This document shows positions 25,118 to 37,671 of a stretch of 64,000 nt of DNA, in pieces (within the stretch, counting starts at the first letter, position 1; each line of letters begins with the position of its first letter). The notes beneath the pieces were generated by a model. It saw only the letters and a list, made by a program, of their open reading frames with translations. It made no database searches and was not told the DNA's origin. This DNA comes from Chiloscyllium plagiosum (taxonomy: Eukaryota). A program made the translations under genes and the position numbers. The stretch covers positions 102,923,566 through 102,987,565 of the forward strand of contig NC_057718.1 of the NCBI RefSeq assembly GCF_004010195.1. The letters run 5' to 3'.

Positions 25118-25885
25118 TTGTGGTTCTGTTCGCCGAGCTGGGAATTTGTGTTGCAGACGTTTCGTCCCCTGTCTAGGTGACATCCTCCGTGCTTGGGAGC
25201 CTCCTGTGAAGCGCTTCTGTGATGTTTCCTCCGGCATGTATAGTGGCCTGTCCCTGCCGCTTCCGGTTGTCAGTTCCAGCTGTCCGCTGCAGTGGCCGGT
25301 ATATTGGGTCCAGGTCGATGTGCTTGTTGATTGAATCAGTGGATGAGTGCCATGCCTCTAGGAATTCCCTGGCTGTTCTCTGTTTGGCTTGTCCTATAAT
25401 AGTAGTCAAGACACTGTTCAAAAGGGCCACAACACACTGCAGTACACCAGAACTGCAAAAAGAGGAAGAAAAACGGATACCCCCGCAATTTCATCAACAG
25501 ATGCCTAAGGGAAAGACAATGGAATGAGGACAGCCACAACCCAAAGGACTAGCCACATTACCATACATCAAGAGCATTTCTGAACTGACAGCCAGACTAC
25601 TGCGACCACTAGGACTCATAACAGCACACAAACCAACAGCCACTCTCAGACAACTCACCAGAACGAAGGACCCGATACCCAGCATGAGCAAAACCAATGT
25701 AGTGTACAAAATCCCATGCAAGGACTGCACAAAACACTATATAGGACAAACAGGAAGACAGCTAACGATCCGCATCCATGAACACCAACTAGCCACGAAA
25801 CAACACGACCAGCTATCCTTAGTAGCCACACACGCAGATGATAAGCAACATGAATTCGACTGGGACAACACTACTATCATAGGGC
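25118..25885 (+). mobile_element. Penelope-like element (Poseidon-type GIY-YIG) with inverted terminal segment
   Basis: VVYKIPCKDCTKHYIGQTGRQLTIRIHEH on + (25406-25885); 25118-25405 is the inverted continuation (AREFLEAWHS...INKH plus hammerhead-like core) on -. Confidence 0.9.
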
Positions 25886-26859
25886 AATCTGAGGAGCGGG
25901 AGAGCTGGTGTTTCAGGCATAAGCTGCCTGACCTGCTGTGCCTTTTTCAGGGCCATACTGTACCCACTCTCATTCAGTTCATCAAGTGCATTCTGCCATT
26001 CAATGAAATCGTGGCTGATCTGCTCACTCCCAACTCCACCTTTCTGCCTGTTCCCTATTTCCCTTCCTGATTAAAAATCAGTCTGTCTCAGCCTTGAATA
26101 TACTTAATCATCTAACCTTGATAGCCCTCTGTGTCAAAGCATTCCAGAGTCCATCTCCTCTGTGAGAAAAACAAATTCGTCCTGATCTCTGCCTTCAATG
26201 TGTGACCCCTTACTCTGAGATGATGCTCTCTGGTCCTAGACTCTCCCACCATTGGAAACAACCTCTCTACATCCATCCTGTCAAGTCCCTTAAGCATCTT
26301 GTATGCTCGTCATTATATGAGAAGCATGCTAAGTATCAATGAAACCTATTGATGTCCTTGATTGTGCAGTTAATGAACATAGAATGGGATAGGGCACTGG
26401 GGACTGAGATGAGGTGAAATATCTTCACCCAGAGAGTGGGGAACCTGTGGAATTCCCTGCCATAGAAAGGAATTGAGACCAAAACATTGAATGCTTTAAG
26501 ATGGAGTTAGATATATTTCTTAGGGATATAGCAGTCATGTAGAGGGTATGTAGAGAAAGCAGGTACAGGGGACTGATGATCAGCCATAATCATATCTAAT
26601 AGCATAGCAGGCTCAAAGGGCCAAATGGCCTTGCCCTGCTTCTATTTTCTATCTTTAAATATGATAAGCCCCAGGGTTTATCAATGGCTGATGAGTGACT
26701 GGTTATTAGACTATTATCATGGACATGATGGCTAATGGGCTCTCTCCCTCCCAGCAAGAACTTTTCCATTTCCACGGTCATGTTGAGTAACTTCACCTGA
26801 CACACGCCAAGCCCTGGCCAGGTGTAATGAACTTTGGAATTGGCTTAAACGGTTCATAG

Positions 26860-27185
26860 AACCATAACATCCCCACAGAGTAGAAAAGTGGCCCATTGAG
26901 TCTGCACTGATTGTCAAAAGAACATCCCACCCAGACACATGACCCCATCCTATCCCCACGTCCTTCCATTTCCCATGGCTAACCCCCCCTAACCTGCATA
27001 TCCCTGGACACTCCAGGCAATTTAGCACATCTTTGGACTGTGGGGAGAAACTGGAGCACCCAGAGGAAACCCACAGAGAAATGGGGAGAATATGCAAACT
27101 CCACACTGACCGTCGCCCGAAGGTGGAATCGAACCTGGGTCCCTGATAAAGTAAGGCAGCAGTGTTAACCCCTGAGCCACTGCAC
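26860..27185 (-). mobile_element. tRNA-derived SINE (HE1-like)
   Basis: Similar to 2778-3066. Confidence 0.75.
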
Positions 27186-29050
27186 TGCCCATAATGTCTG
27201 AATGGCCTATTTTAGTCTCTACTGAGTTGAAAAGTGTGGTGCTGGAAAAGTACAGCTGGTCCAGCAGCATTCAAGGAGCAGGAGAGTCGATATTTCAGCC
27301 ACAAGCCCTTCATCAGGATTTCAGTTCCTGTGCCTCAATGCTTCCAAGCCTCACCTTTTGGTTGGTGTGTGGCTCATGTGAGGGGCAGTGAAAGGAATAG
27401 GAGGACGGGTGGGGAGGTAGGCTCTCAGTTGTGGAGTTTGGGAGTGTTGTCCCAGGGCAGAGCATGAATACGGCATGGGAACTGACCTGTCTCAATGGGG
27501 ATGGATCCTCAGGGCTCCATGGCAACAAGGGTCCAATCCTGGGCACTGACAACCACCAAATCATGGTTCCCTAGTTGTCAACATCCTCAATGTTACCAAA
27601 GAAGACCTCCCCAGCTAAATGTGACGCTTCTGGATTTCCCTCCATAACTCTTCCTGGAACCCACTCCCATGATCTTTAACAGCTAGTCTCTGGGGCATCA
27701 ATGAAACTCAAAGCTTCCTTCTTGACCCTCAGTATCTTTCTCAAGTGGGAAGGAGGATGGGAGAGAATGTGAATGAAATTGAGATTGAAAGAGATTGAGC
27801 CCCAGACATTGCATAAAGGAGACATGAAAGTGATGTTCTACATTCATCAGGACGAGGATGCCAAAAAAAATGGACTGGATAAAGGGTTAGCATGAAGGCT
27901 TTAGTAATTGGAATTGTAATACAAGTATTTATAGACTGAGCCTCCCACTCAGGCTTTGCTCATTGGATTTTATAATACCCCTCAATAAGATTTGAGTCTG
28001 CCTAAAACTCCGGAATCAGTTGGGCCACCTATACCAACCTTGCCACTTGTCTTTCTCACCTCCAGATGTGACTAACCAAATACTCTGCTGGCCAGCTCTT
28101 ATTTTTCATTCTTCCTAAACCTGAGCTCATGTAATACTCTGCTGCCCAGGTCGTCAGTCACACCAAGTCCTGGCCGCCTTATTACCCCTGTGGTCACTGA
28201 CTGATCCTGTGCTGCTTCACTTACACACATGCCCCTCGCTCAGTAGTCCCAACTCACTGTACAACCCTTGAAGATAACTGTACCTCTCCAACTCTGGCCT
28301 CTAGAGAGCCCCCGGCCTTAATCGCTCCAACCTTGTTGACTGTGGCCCCAAGTTCTGGAATGCGCTTCCAAAATCTTTCCACTTCTCTTCATCTCCTAAA
28401 ATCTACCTCATTGACCAAACCTGTTGGTCATCTGTTCCAAACATTTCCTCATGTGGCTCAGCACATTAAAGGTGCTATGTAAATTCAGGCTTGCATTGCA
28501 CTTCAAGCCTGCCATTGGTGTAGATGTTATTCGGCCTCATACTCTTGACCAATCAATCCTGAAGGAAACCTTAACACCTACTGTACGTGACCTTGAAGAT
28601 GCATCCTCTCATGACAATCTACTTGTGAACTTAATGGTTGTAAAGTTCTGAAGGAGGTCCATGTTAAGGTGCCAGTAACCCCACTAAAGGGCAATCTTCC
28701 AACCCTTACACGAGTCAAGCAGAAGCGCAATGAAAGGCATGAGAGATTTGTTTTCAAAGGATAGGTTTAGTTCAGTTGAAAATATTAAATCTCATCAAGG
28801 TTTGATAAACAGGTGGCAAGCCTCATATCGTCGATAATTGACCACCACAAACAATTGATTAATGCCTTGGCCCATGTTTTGTCTTGCTGATTAATGCAAT
28901 TTTATATAATTCAGTGGCGTTGACCTTTCTTCAAAATGCCAATTGATTCCATGACTGCAAGAATATTTGATTAGCTTGAAGTTATCGGCTTGGTATTGAA
29001 ATGAGTGTTGGGGCTTGTCATTTAGTGCAAAGCTATATCAGCTAAATTAC

Positions 29051-29157
29051 CTTAGTGAAGATAAAGGATGATGATGACAATGTCAATGGCACTCCATGGA
29101 AAAGTCCAGTCAGGGTTTTGTTCAGGGAAGGAGTGTTTCTACCGTCTAATGTATAAA
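29051..29157 (-). pseudogene. Dynein pseudo-exon (AAA3 C-terminal part), 107 nt, phase 2/1
   Basis: TATTCCTGCAG| acceptor, AAG|GTAATT donor; LYIRR*KHSFPEQNPDWTFPWSAIDIV; phases match both neighbours. Confidence 0.65.
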
Positions 29158-31496
29158 CTGCAGGAATAGTAAATGACATTGATATCAAATATCAATATCT
29201 TGTCAATCAAAACTTTCAATCCACAAAACTAAATCAAGAATATAACTGATAATATTCATGAAAAGGGGCTTTTGCTTTGGGATTATGTTTGTATATCGTT
29301 GTGTAGCATCAGACCCCCACCTCTTGCACCATTGGGAAATCTGGTGAACAATTCCACAGCATTTTGTGTGAATAATTAAATTAGGAGCTCGAGGAGGCCA
29401 TTCAGCCCTTTGGCTTCCTCCATTGGTAAGGACATGGCTGATCTGTTTGTATTTCAAATCCCACGTTTCCGTCTATCCCTAACACCCTTTGATTCCCCCA
29501 CCTAGCAAGAATCTATCTACTTGCACCTTAAAAATATTCAATGACCCCCCCCCCCCCATCTCCTGAGGCAGAGAGTTCCAAACCTCTGAGAGATTAAAAA
29601 AATTCCTCTCACCTCTATCCTAAAAGGGTGACCTTTCATTTCAAAGTGATGGCCATAGCCTTGGACTCAACCCACAGGAGTCCATTTTGGCAACACAGTT
29701 CAGGATCTTATACATTTCAATCAGGACTGTTTAGATCGAAGGGTCTGTTTCCATGCTATATGACTCAATGACTCAATGACTCAATGACTCTATGATTATG
29801 ATGCAGTCTCTAATGGAAGCAAACCCAGTACTCTCTGTCTTTCCTCATCAGAACATACTCATTCTAGGGCTCAATCCAGTAAACCTCCGCTGCAACATTT
29901 CCAATACATTTCCATCCTTCCTTCAATAAAGGATCAAATCTACACATAGTATTGGAGATGTGGGCTCACCGATGCCCTGTGCAACTGAAACATAACATTC
30001 TACCTTTTATGTTCAATTCCTTGAGTAATAAAGGATGATATTGATAATAGGCAAAAGTGAGGACTGTAGATGCTGGAAATCAGAGTCTAGATTAGAGTAG
30101 TGCTGGAAAATCTAAACTCTGGTTTCCAGCATCTGCAGTCCTCACTTTTGCCCAGTGCTGGAAAAGCACAGCAGGTCAGGCAGCATCCGAGGAGCAGGAA
30201 AATCGAAGTTTTGGGCAAAAGCCCATCATCTGGAATGAAATTAGGAATGAATTTAGGAATTAGGAATGAATCTAGACTCTGATATTGATTATAGTCTATT
30301 GCCTTTTTAATTCCTTGCTGTATCTGTGTATGAACTTGCATTGGCTCGTGCATCAGAGCACTGTACTGTGGTGTTCTGAAGTCATTCCCCATTTAAGTAA
30401 TACTCTGCCTTGTTTATTCCTCCTGCCAAAGGGCACAGCTTCACATTTCCCCACATTTTAGACTATCTGCCAGATTTCTGCTCACTTCCTCAAACTAAAT
30501 GTATATCTATCCCTTATTTCCTCATCACACCATATCTTAGCTACCACACCTTTGTTCCCCTCATCTACCTCATTGATATAATGTGGGACCTCAGCAGAGA
30601 GCTCTATGGGATCCCACTCATCACTTCCCACCAATTTCATTGGACAGCACCTTTTAAAACCTTTGACTCTGACCAAACTATTGATCTTCTGACTTAATTT
30701 CCCCTTATACTCTATTTTCTAATATTCCTGTGGAACACCTGGGGATGTTTCATTATATTAAAGGTGCTATATTAATGCAGGTTGTAGTCGAGAGTGGTGG
30801 TTTGCTTGGCTCTTATCTCTCCCTTCATCCTAGTGAGTGACAAGAACTGTACAAAGCATCCCATTTATGTAGAGCAATGGGCAAATCAGAGAATACAGTG
30901 AGATTATTTCAACATTGGAACGTAGGACTCAGCAGACCATTCGGCCTCTCGAGCCTGCTTCACCATTCAGTGGCTGATCCGGATCTTACCTCAGCTTCAA
31001 CTTCTTGTTTGCACCTCCCTCCCCACCCCCTTGAGGGTCTTGTCGATCAGAAATCTCTCACCCGGCCTTAAATAAACGTGAAGTCCCAGGCTCCCCCACT
31101 TTCTGAGGGAGAGAGTTCCACATTCGAAGCCCCCTCTGATTAGTAGGTAATTAATATTTGAGTAAAGGTGATGGTCTCATCAGGTAAAGGGCAAGTTCAA
31201 AGAAAACCACAAAACCTTTCTTGAAGTTCCATGTCGAAGCAGCTGGAAGCGCTCTGACTATTTTGCGTCCGTAAGATTCCTTATTGAGAAAACCTCTGTG
31301 TGCATTCATTTCTGTTCCCTTCGGAATATTAGAATGAACCCATTTGAAACCTCAGGGTCAATGTTCCATCACAATCATATGAAAACAATTTTGGCAGAAA
31401 TGAGGCCTTTTTCCCTAATGCTTTTAAAAGCGCATTCACTGCAAATAATGATGGATTTTGTACATTCTGGAATCTAATAACTGTCCAGATCAGTAC

Positions 31497-31915
31497 CTGA
31501 ACACATTTATCTGTAGCCCTGTAACTGACTGAAATTGTCCAGTGATGGTTTCAATTATCTTCTCCTTGTGACTGCCATTGACCTTCTTAGTGCTATCCAG
31601 GAGAATTGAGGAACATTTATATGTATACACAGAATCACCACAGACATTATGTTGGCTGATGTCAAGTATGAAGGAGCGACCATTTCTTGAACAGTAACTA
31701 ATTGCTGCCAAAGGAGTCACATGCTTCAAAAGGTTTGCTGCTATTATATTGGGGGGCTTATTTCATTGTTTCATTTCCTTCAAGCTTGTAGTCAGGCTGT
31801 TTTCTCCAAACTGTAAGCTCAGGCTTGTCTGATATATGGACGGTTTTCTGAATCAGATGATTGAAAGCGGATTGGCGGATCTGTTGAATATTACCTCCTC
31901 TGTTTGAACAGGAAT
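31497..31915 (-). pseudogene. Dynein pseudo-exon (AAA3), 419 nt, phase 0/2
   Basis: TGTGTTTCAG| acceptor, CAG|GTACTG donor; IPVQTEEVIF (~VPTxDT), GRSFILDISQ (~KLVxFIDDLNM); two TGA only. Confidence 0.7.
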
Positions 31916-31959
31916 CTGAAACACATCAATATGACTTGCCTGCAGCAGGAAACCTGCCA

Positions 31960-32405
31960 ACCAGTTCGCGTTTGCAAAACTTATGTCCAACATTCTGCTC
32001 CCGATGTGGTCTTCTCTACATCAAACGTAAACTTAGAGCACTGTTCACCAAGCATCTCAGCCGGGCTCGCAGGGGCTGACCTGACCTCCCAGTCCCTGTC
32101 CATTTTAATTCCCCTTCCCACTCCCTTTCTGACAGGACCATCCTTGGTCACCTCCATTGCCACAGTGAATCAGACCGCAAATTGGAGGAATAATACCTCA
32201 TATTCCACTCAGACAGCCTAAAGCCCAGAGGACTCAACATTGAGTTCTCCAATTTCTCCCTTCCCATCCCCCGACTCTCTTCCCAGCCCCTCCCCCTCTC
32301 TTCCATTCCTCTATCCGATCCTTCTTTCCAGCCACCAACTGCCTTGCTGTGTTCTTCAAGCCTCCTGTTTGTCTACCTTGGATTCCAGCATCTGCTATTT
32401 TGTTG
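31960..32405 (+). mobile_element. Penelope-like 3' fragment
   Basis: Similar to 33440-34050 (ggactcaacattgagttctccaatttc, C-rich tract, ccagcatctgc end). Confidence 0.65.
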
Positions 32406-32427
32406 TATCTAATTAAGCAGCATTTAC

Positions 32428-32914
32428 TGAATAGTTCTGACAATGCTAAGGTTTTACTAATTGCAGACCATCGATCAGGTTCACAACGTGATTCATTTGT
32501 TTATTCAAACAGAGGATTCTTTTTTTTGATCAAACAGAAAAGGCATGTCCACACGTTGCACCATCTGCAGCTTGGAAAGGGCTACAGAGACACACAATCC
32601 CTGTTAGATCCCCTTGGCAACATTTTGACCAATCAGAGTTGTCAGCTAACAATTCCTGCTGTATCTCCATGCCAACCATATTGCAGCCAATCACCAGGTT
32701 TCTTTTCTCATGCTGTTTAAGTTGTGGGTTCCTTTTAATATTTGGTTTTCTTGCAGTTCTGTCCTTATGAAAGCAAGACAAAATTCCATTTTCTTCATGT
32801 CTCTATTTAGTAATGTTTAACACCATCCAAAAGTGTCCGTTCAGGCATCGCTGGTGTCTGTTTGTTAGTCACTTCTTGCTCGCTTAGTCTTAATGGGCTG
32901 CCCACCTCCCCCTC
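32428..32914 (-). pseudogene. Dynein pseudo-exon (AAA2)
   Basis: TGTTTTTACAG| acceptor in phase 2; ENGILSCFHKD (~TDGILS), KRNLVIG...LLADNS (~RKWIVFDG...VLDDNK); several stops; 3' boundary approximate. Confidence 0.55.
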
Positions 32915-32927
32915 CTGTAAAAACATG

Positions 32928-34055
32928 ATCCCTTACACCCAATTCCTCCACCGTATCTGCTCCCAGGAGCAGCAATTCCACTCCAGGATATCCAGATAGC
33001 CTCCTATTTCAGGGACCGTAATTTCCCCTCCCACATGATCAATCATGCTCTCCAGCACATCTCCTCCACATACTTTGTTCTTGAACCCCACTCCTCCAAC
33101 TGCAACAAATAAAGAACCCCTGGTCCTCACATTCCACCCCACTAATCTCCACCACCATTTCCACTGCTTACAGTCAGACCCCACCACCAGAGATATATTT
33201 CCCTCCCCACCCCACCTGCGTTCTGCAGAGACCATTCCCTCCGTGACTCCCTTGTTACGCCCACGCCCCCCACCAGCCCACCCTCCACACCCCGGCACCT
33301 TCTCCTGTCGCCGCACGAGGTGTAAAACCTGCACCCACACCTCCTCCCTTACCTCCGTCCAAGGCCCCAAAGGATCTTTCCACATCTGGCAGAGATTTTC
33401 CTGATCATCAACCCTACTCATCAACTGTGTCCATTCCTCTCGATGTGGTCTCCTCTACACTGGGGAGACAGGCCGCCAACTTGCAGATTATTTCAGGGAA
33501 CATCTCTGGGACACATGCACCAAAAAATCTCATTGCCATGTGGCTGACCACTTCAATTCCCCCGCTCACTCCCACTCTCCCAAAGACATGAAAGTCCTGG
33601 GCTTTCTCCACAGCCAAATTCTAGCCAACTGACGCCTGGAGGAAGAACGCCTCATCTTCCATCTTACGACCCTCTAACCACACGGCGTCAATGCCGATTT
33701 CACCAGTTTCCTCATCTCCCCTCGCCCCTCCTCATCCCAGATCCAACCCTCCAATAGGCACTGCCCTCTTGACCTGTCTGACCTGTCCATCTTCCTTCCC
33801 ATCTACCTGCTCCACCCTCCTCTCTGACCTATCACCATTAGCCCCCTCCTGCAACTACGTCTCGCCTTCCCACCTACCTCCCGCCTGGCCCCACCCCCAC
33901 CTCCCTATTTATCTCTCCCTTCTACATTCCTGATGATGGGCTAATGCCTGAAACGTCGATTCTCCTGCTCCCTGGATGCTGCCTGACCCGCTCTGTGCTT
34001 TTCCAATGCCACACTTTTCGACTCTCGCTCTCCAGCATCTGCAGCCCTCGCTTTC
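32928..34055 (+). mobile_element. Penelope-like element 3' part (Neptune-type: Cys motif + GIY-YIG) ending in a hammerhead core
   Basis: GTFSCRRTRCKTC; RCGLLYTGETGRQLADYFREH; CTGATGA 33930-33936 ... GAAAC 33950-33954. Confidence 0.85.
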
Positions 34056-34541
34056 TCTGAATAACATCATGCAATCACAGAAATATACAGCACAGAAGGA
34101 GGCCATTTGGTTCATTGAGTCTCCCCTGACTCTTATGAAGAAAAATCCAGTCAGACTCACTCCCCTGGGTCTTTCCCCACGTTGCTGTAATGTTTTCTCA
34201 TTGAAGTACTTACCTAATTCCCTTTCGAGATTGATGATTGAATCTGCATCCCTTGACCTATCAGGCAGCACACTTCAAACACTAACTCCTTGGTCACAGA
34301 CATAAGTTTTTCCTCATGCTGCACCTGGCTCTGATGTTGATCGTCTTAAATCAGTGCCCTCCAGTCCTTGCCCTGAAGCCATTGGAAACAATTCCCTTTT
34401 TTTGTTTATTTTAAAAGAAGCTTGCATGATTTCAAAAATCTTTCTCAAACCCAAATGTTTACAACTTCAATGGTTTCATGGCTGTAAGATATCGGACATG
34501 CATAATATCGAAAGTCAAAACAAAGGACTCTGTTTACTCAC

Positions 34542-34737
34542 GCTGCGGTTACAATTCGACACGCATGCCTTCAGATCAAAGTTTGGCCAAGTTCTTCAAT
34601 TTGAGTCGTCCAAATTGACAGTGGGGACAAATTCAAACTTTTAGTAGAGTTTGGATGGAGTTGGGGTTAGTCAGGTTTTAATTTTGTGCATTGGAATTTT
34701 GCTGCCATTTATTTGAACTCAGTATGTATCTCAGTCC
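34542..34737 (-). pseudogene. Dynein pseudo-exon (entry to AAA2), 196 nt, phase 1/2
   Basis: CCCTTTCAG| acceptor, AGC|GTGAGT donor; IWTTQIEELGQTLI*RHACRIVTA (~WIxKVIQLYETxxVRHGxMLVG); three stops. Confidence 0.75.
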
Positions 34738-36200
34738 CTGAAAGGGATTGGTGTTGCCATGAAGTTTGTAGTTCCACTCTGCGCATTGGAGGGACGCCCG
34801 TATCTGCTGAATGTTTGTACCTTGGAGCAGTTTCCCCCCTTCCCTTGGAGTGACTGCTGTCTGACTCTGACACGTTTCATTGATTTACCCTCTTGGGCCT
34901 GGGAGTCAGTTAGCCCAGTTGGCTGGACAGTGGATGATGCCAACACCACGGGTTCAATTCCTGCACTGGCTGAGGTTACTATGAACGTTTCACCTTCTCA
35001 AATTATGACTCTGCCCTTGCCTGAGGTGTGGTGATCCTCAGTTAAACCATCACCAGTTGTCTCTGATGAGTGAGCAGCAGTCTGGTGACTTACCCACTAC
35101 TGTCCTCTTGAAGTCCATATCTCACTCGGGCAAACTTTTCCATTCTCTCTTTTCCTCATGATTGCTGATGGTACCATTGCCATGCATCACTATCTCACTG
35201 CTACACCCATTCTCATGGGACTATGAAAAGGGCATGTGCCATTCAGACACTACTTTAATATTTCCATCAATTCCTCCCAAAATGTCGCTGGTCCTGTAAC
35301 CTAGGCAACTCAGGCTCGATTTCGCCAAATTGTACATCACGACATTGGAACAGGAGGAGGCCCTCCAACCATTTATCTCTCACCACCCGCTGTCAGTGCA
35401 CCAGAATCTCCCGATGTCATATCTGAAAATTGACTCTGTGCCCATTGCCTACTGCACGAGTGAGTTCCAAACGTTCAGGCTGTTTTCTGCTGAGAAACTG
35501 CTTCTGAGCTTCAATCCAAAGCAGCCTAGATTTGATCTGACAATAAGGTCCTCTAGTTCTGAAGTCTCTGCCAGAGGAGATGACACACTTCTATTTACCA
35601 CATCAAATTCCTTTGTTACCTTCAAGACTTGAGGATCACTCTCAAGTTTCCTAACTCAAGAGGAGAAAGGAAGCTGCAAACCAACTTGACGCAATCTGTC
35701 TTCCTAACAACCTTGAAGTTCTGCCACCATTCTGATTAATTAGTATCCCACTCTTTCAAGTCTGGGAGATTTCTGCAGAGTTACAGTACTGCATGCAGTT
35801 ACCCCAGAAGTAGTCTGAGCAAAGCTCTGTCCAACTGGAGAATCGCTTTCTCACTTTTGAATTCCAACCCTCAAGTTGGAGAGACCAAGCACCCATCATT
35901 GCTGCATGTACCTGTTGCACTTAGCACTTTGGGCACCTGGATACCCCATTCATCTCTCCTGCAGCTACCCCACCTCCCCCCCAACGGATCACACCCTGTT
36001 AGGGAAATGTTTTAACCTGAGCTTCTCAGATGCAAAGTAGACTGCTTCACACTTCCCCAGTTTCCATGTTCCTGTGTTGCATTGTGTCTCGCAGCTCCCT
36101 AACGCCTGTAGATTTGAAATTACAATGTAAAACCTGAGGTCATTATGCAATTAATAACATGTACAGTGAGGAAGATGAAAATTCTGCAAAATGTCCTTGC

Positions 36201-36542
36201 CACTTCCCTCCATTCAGATTACATTCCTTTGTTCCAGCCAATTGCTAAACCACGTCACAATATCATTCATTCGCAGGTTTAGAAAGAACCACTCCGGCAG
36301 AACATTATGAAATGCTGGGGATACTTTCAGGGACAGAAAGACATCATTCAGTCCCTCAAGCAAAATCATGGCCAAAGATTGTTGTGTGTTTTGGTCAGAG
36401 GTTTCAAGATATTCAGAGGAACTCCAATACTGAGAAGCTACTGCCACTAATTTGGGAGTCTTGGACTAGGGGAGATATTTAGCTTCGATATCCAGAACTT
36501 TCAGAAGAGAAACTAGAAACCACTTTGTTGTATAAGGTATAT
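36201..36542 (-). pseudogene. Dynein pseudo-exon (AAA1 lid), 342 nt, phase 1/1, GC donor
   Basis: TTTCATCAG| acceptor; IPYTTKWFLVSLLKVL...QSLAMILLEGLNDVFLSLKVSPAFHNVLPEWF (~EDxxLxRALRDxNLPK...LFxGIxSDLFP); donor GTG|GCAAGG. Confidence 0.7.
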
Positions 36543-36691
36543 CTGATGAAACACAACTATACTTATTCCTCGACAGTGTGGTGCTGGAAAAGCCCAGCAG
36601 GTCAGGCAGCTTCTGAGGTACAGAAGAATTGACCTTTCAGGCAAAAGCTCTTCATCAGGAATGAGGTGTACTTATTGCTGTCATGCAATAG

Positions 36692-36913
36692 ACCTTCTTG
36701 TTATCTCAGAATAGTGTCTCTGCTGTGGGTACTCTCTACAGCGTCATCATCTACTCTCTGGTGCATCATCTACCACTCATCTCTGGATAGAGGCAGGACA
36801 AGCCAAAGACAAAAAAGGATTGGTGGCAGTGGACAACCTCAATTGCCCCTCACCCGGTGCCACATACTGGCAGAGGGGCCAAAAACCCCCCACAAAGTTC
36901 CTGCAATGGTAAT
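36692..36913 (-). pseudogene. Candidate dynein pseudo-exon (AAA1 middle)
   Basis: TATTTTCCCAG| acceptor in phase with the previous exon (YHCRNFVGGFWPLCQY...); donor uncertain; weak similarity. Confidence 0.4.
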
Positions 36914-37049
36914 CTGGGAAAATAGCACACATTTCTATCAACAAAGAGTGGGAATTTGGAATTGTCCTCCGCAAGTGGAATCAATACTCAATCAAGAGTA
37001 GAAGGCCAAGAAAGCCATTAGAAACCGAGTGTAAAATAAAGCTAAGATG

Positions 37050-37290
37050 GAAGGGCAGCTTTTTCGTGCAGAGGGTGGTGCATGTATGGAATGAGCTGCC
37101 AGAGGAAGTGCTGGAGGCTGGTACAATTGCAACATTTAACAGACATTTGGACAAGTACATGAATAGGAAAAGTTTAGAGGGATATGGACCAAACGCAGGT
37201 AAATGGGGCTAGATCAGTTTAGGAAACCTGGCTAGCATGGTACAAGTTGGGCCAAAGGATCTGATGCAATGCTGTACGTCTCTCCGACTG
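37050..37290 (+). mobile_element. CR1 LINE 3' fragment
   Basis: Similar to 1-220. Confidence 0.85.
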
Positions 37291-37396
37291 ACAAACTATT
37301 CATTTTACATCTGAGATTGAATGGTTTTTGTGAATAGTTGCTAGTAAGAGATGTAGGACAAAGAGAGTGGAGTTGGATCAACAGCAATGATCTCAC

Positions 37397-37671
37397 TGGT
37401 GACAGAGCAGGTGGAATGGTCTCTTCCTGGGCCTGGGTTTCTGGAGCAGGAATATGCTGAGAAGAAGCACGCCTGCATTAACAAGGAGGTATTAGAAAAC
37501 GGGACAAGGAGTCTACTCAACATTCCATCATAATATGGGAACAATGACCCAACAACATCAACACAAGTGATCTCCATCATGTTAGTATAACACATGGGTT
37601 CAGTTTTCCTGACTGACCCGAGTTAACAGATGCCAGATGGACGTCAAATGAAGATTTCAGTCCAGTGTACC
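37397..37671 (-). pseudogene. Dynein pseudo-exon, AAA1 N-terminal part with degenerate P-loop, 275 nt, phase 2/1
   Basis: TTTTGTAG| acceptor, CCA|GTGAGA donor; VHWTEIF...CVDVVGSLFPYYDGMLSRLLVPF...NPGPGRDHST aligns by eye to FEW...FPYGYEYLGNTSRLVITP...GPAGTGKTET. Confidence 0.7.
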
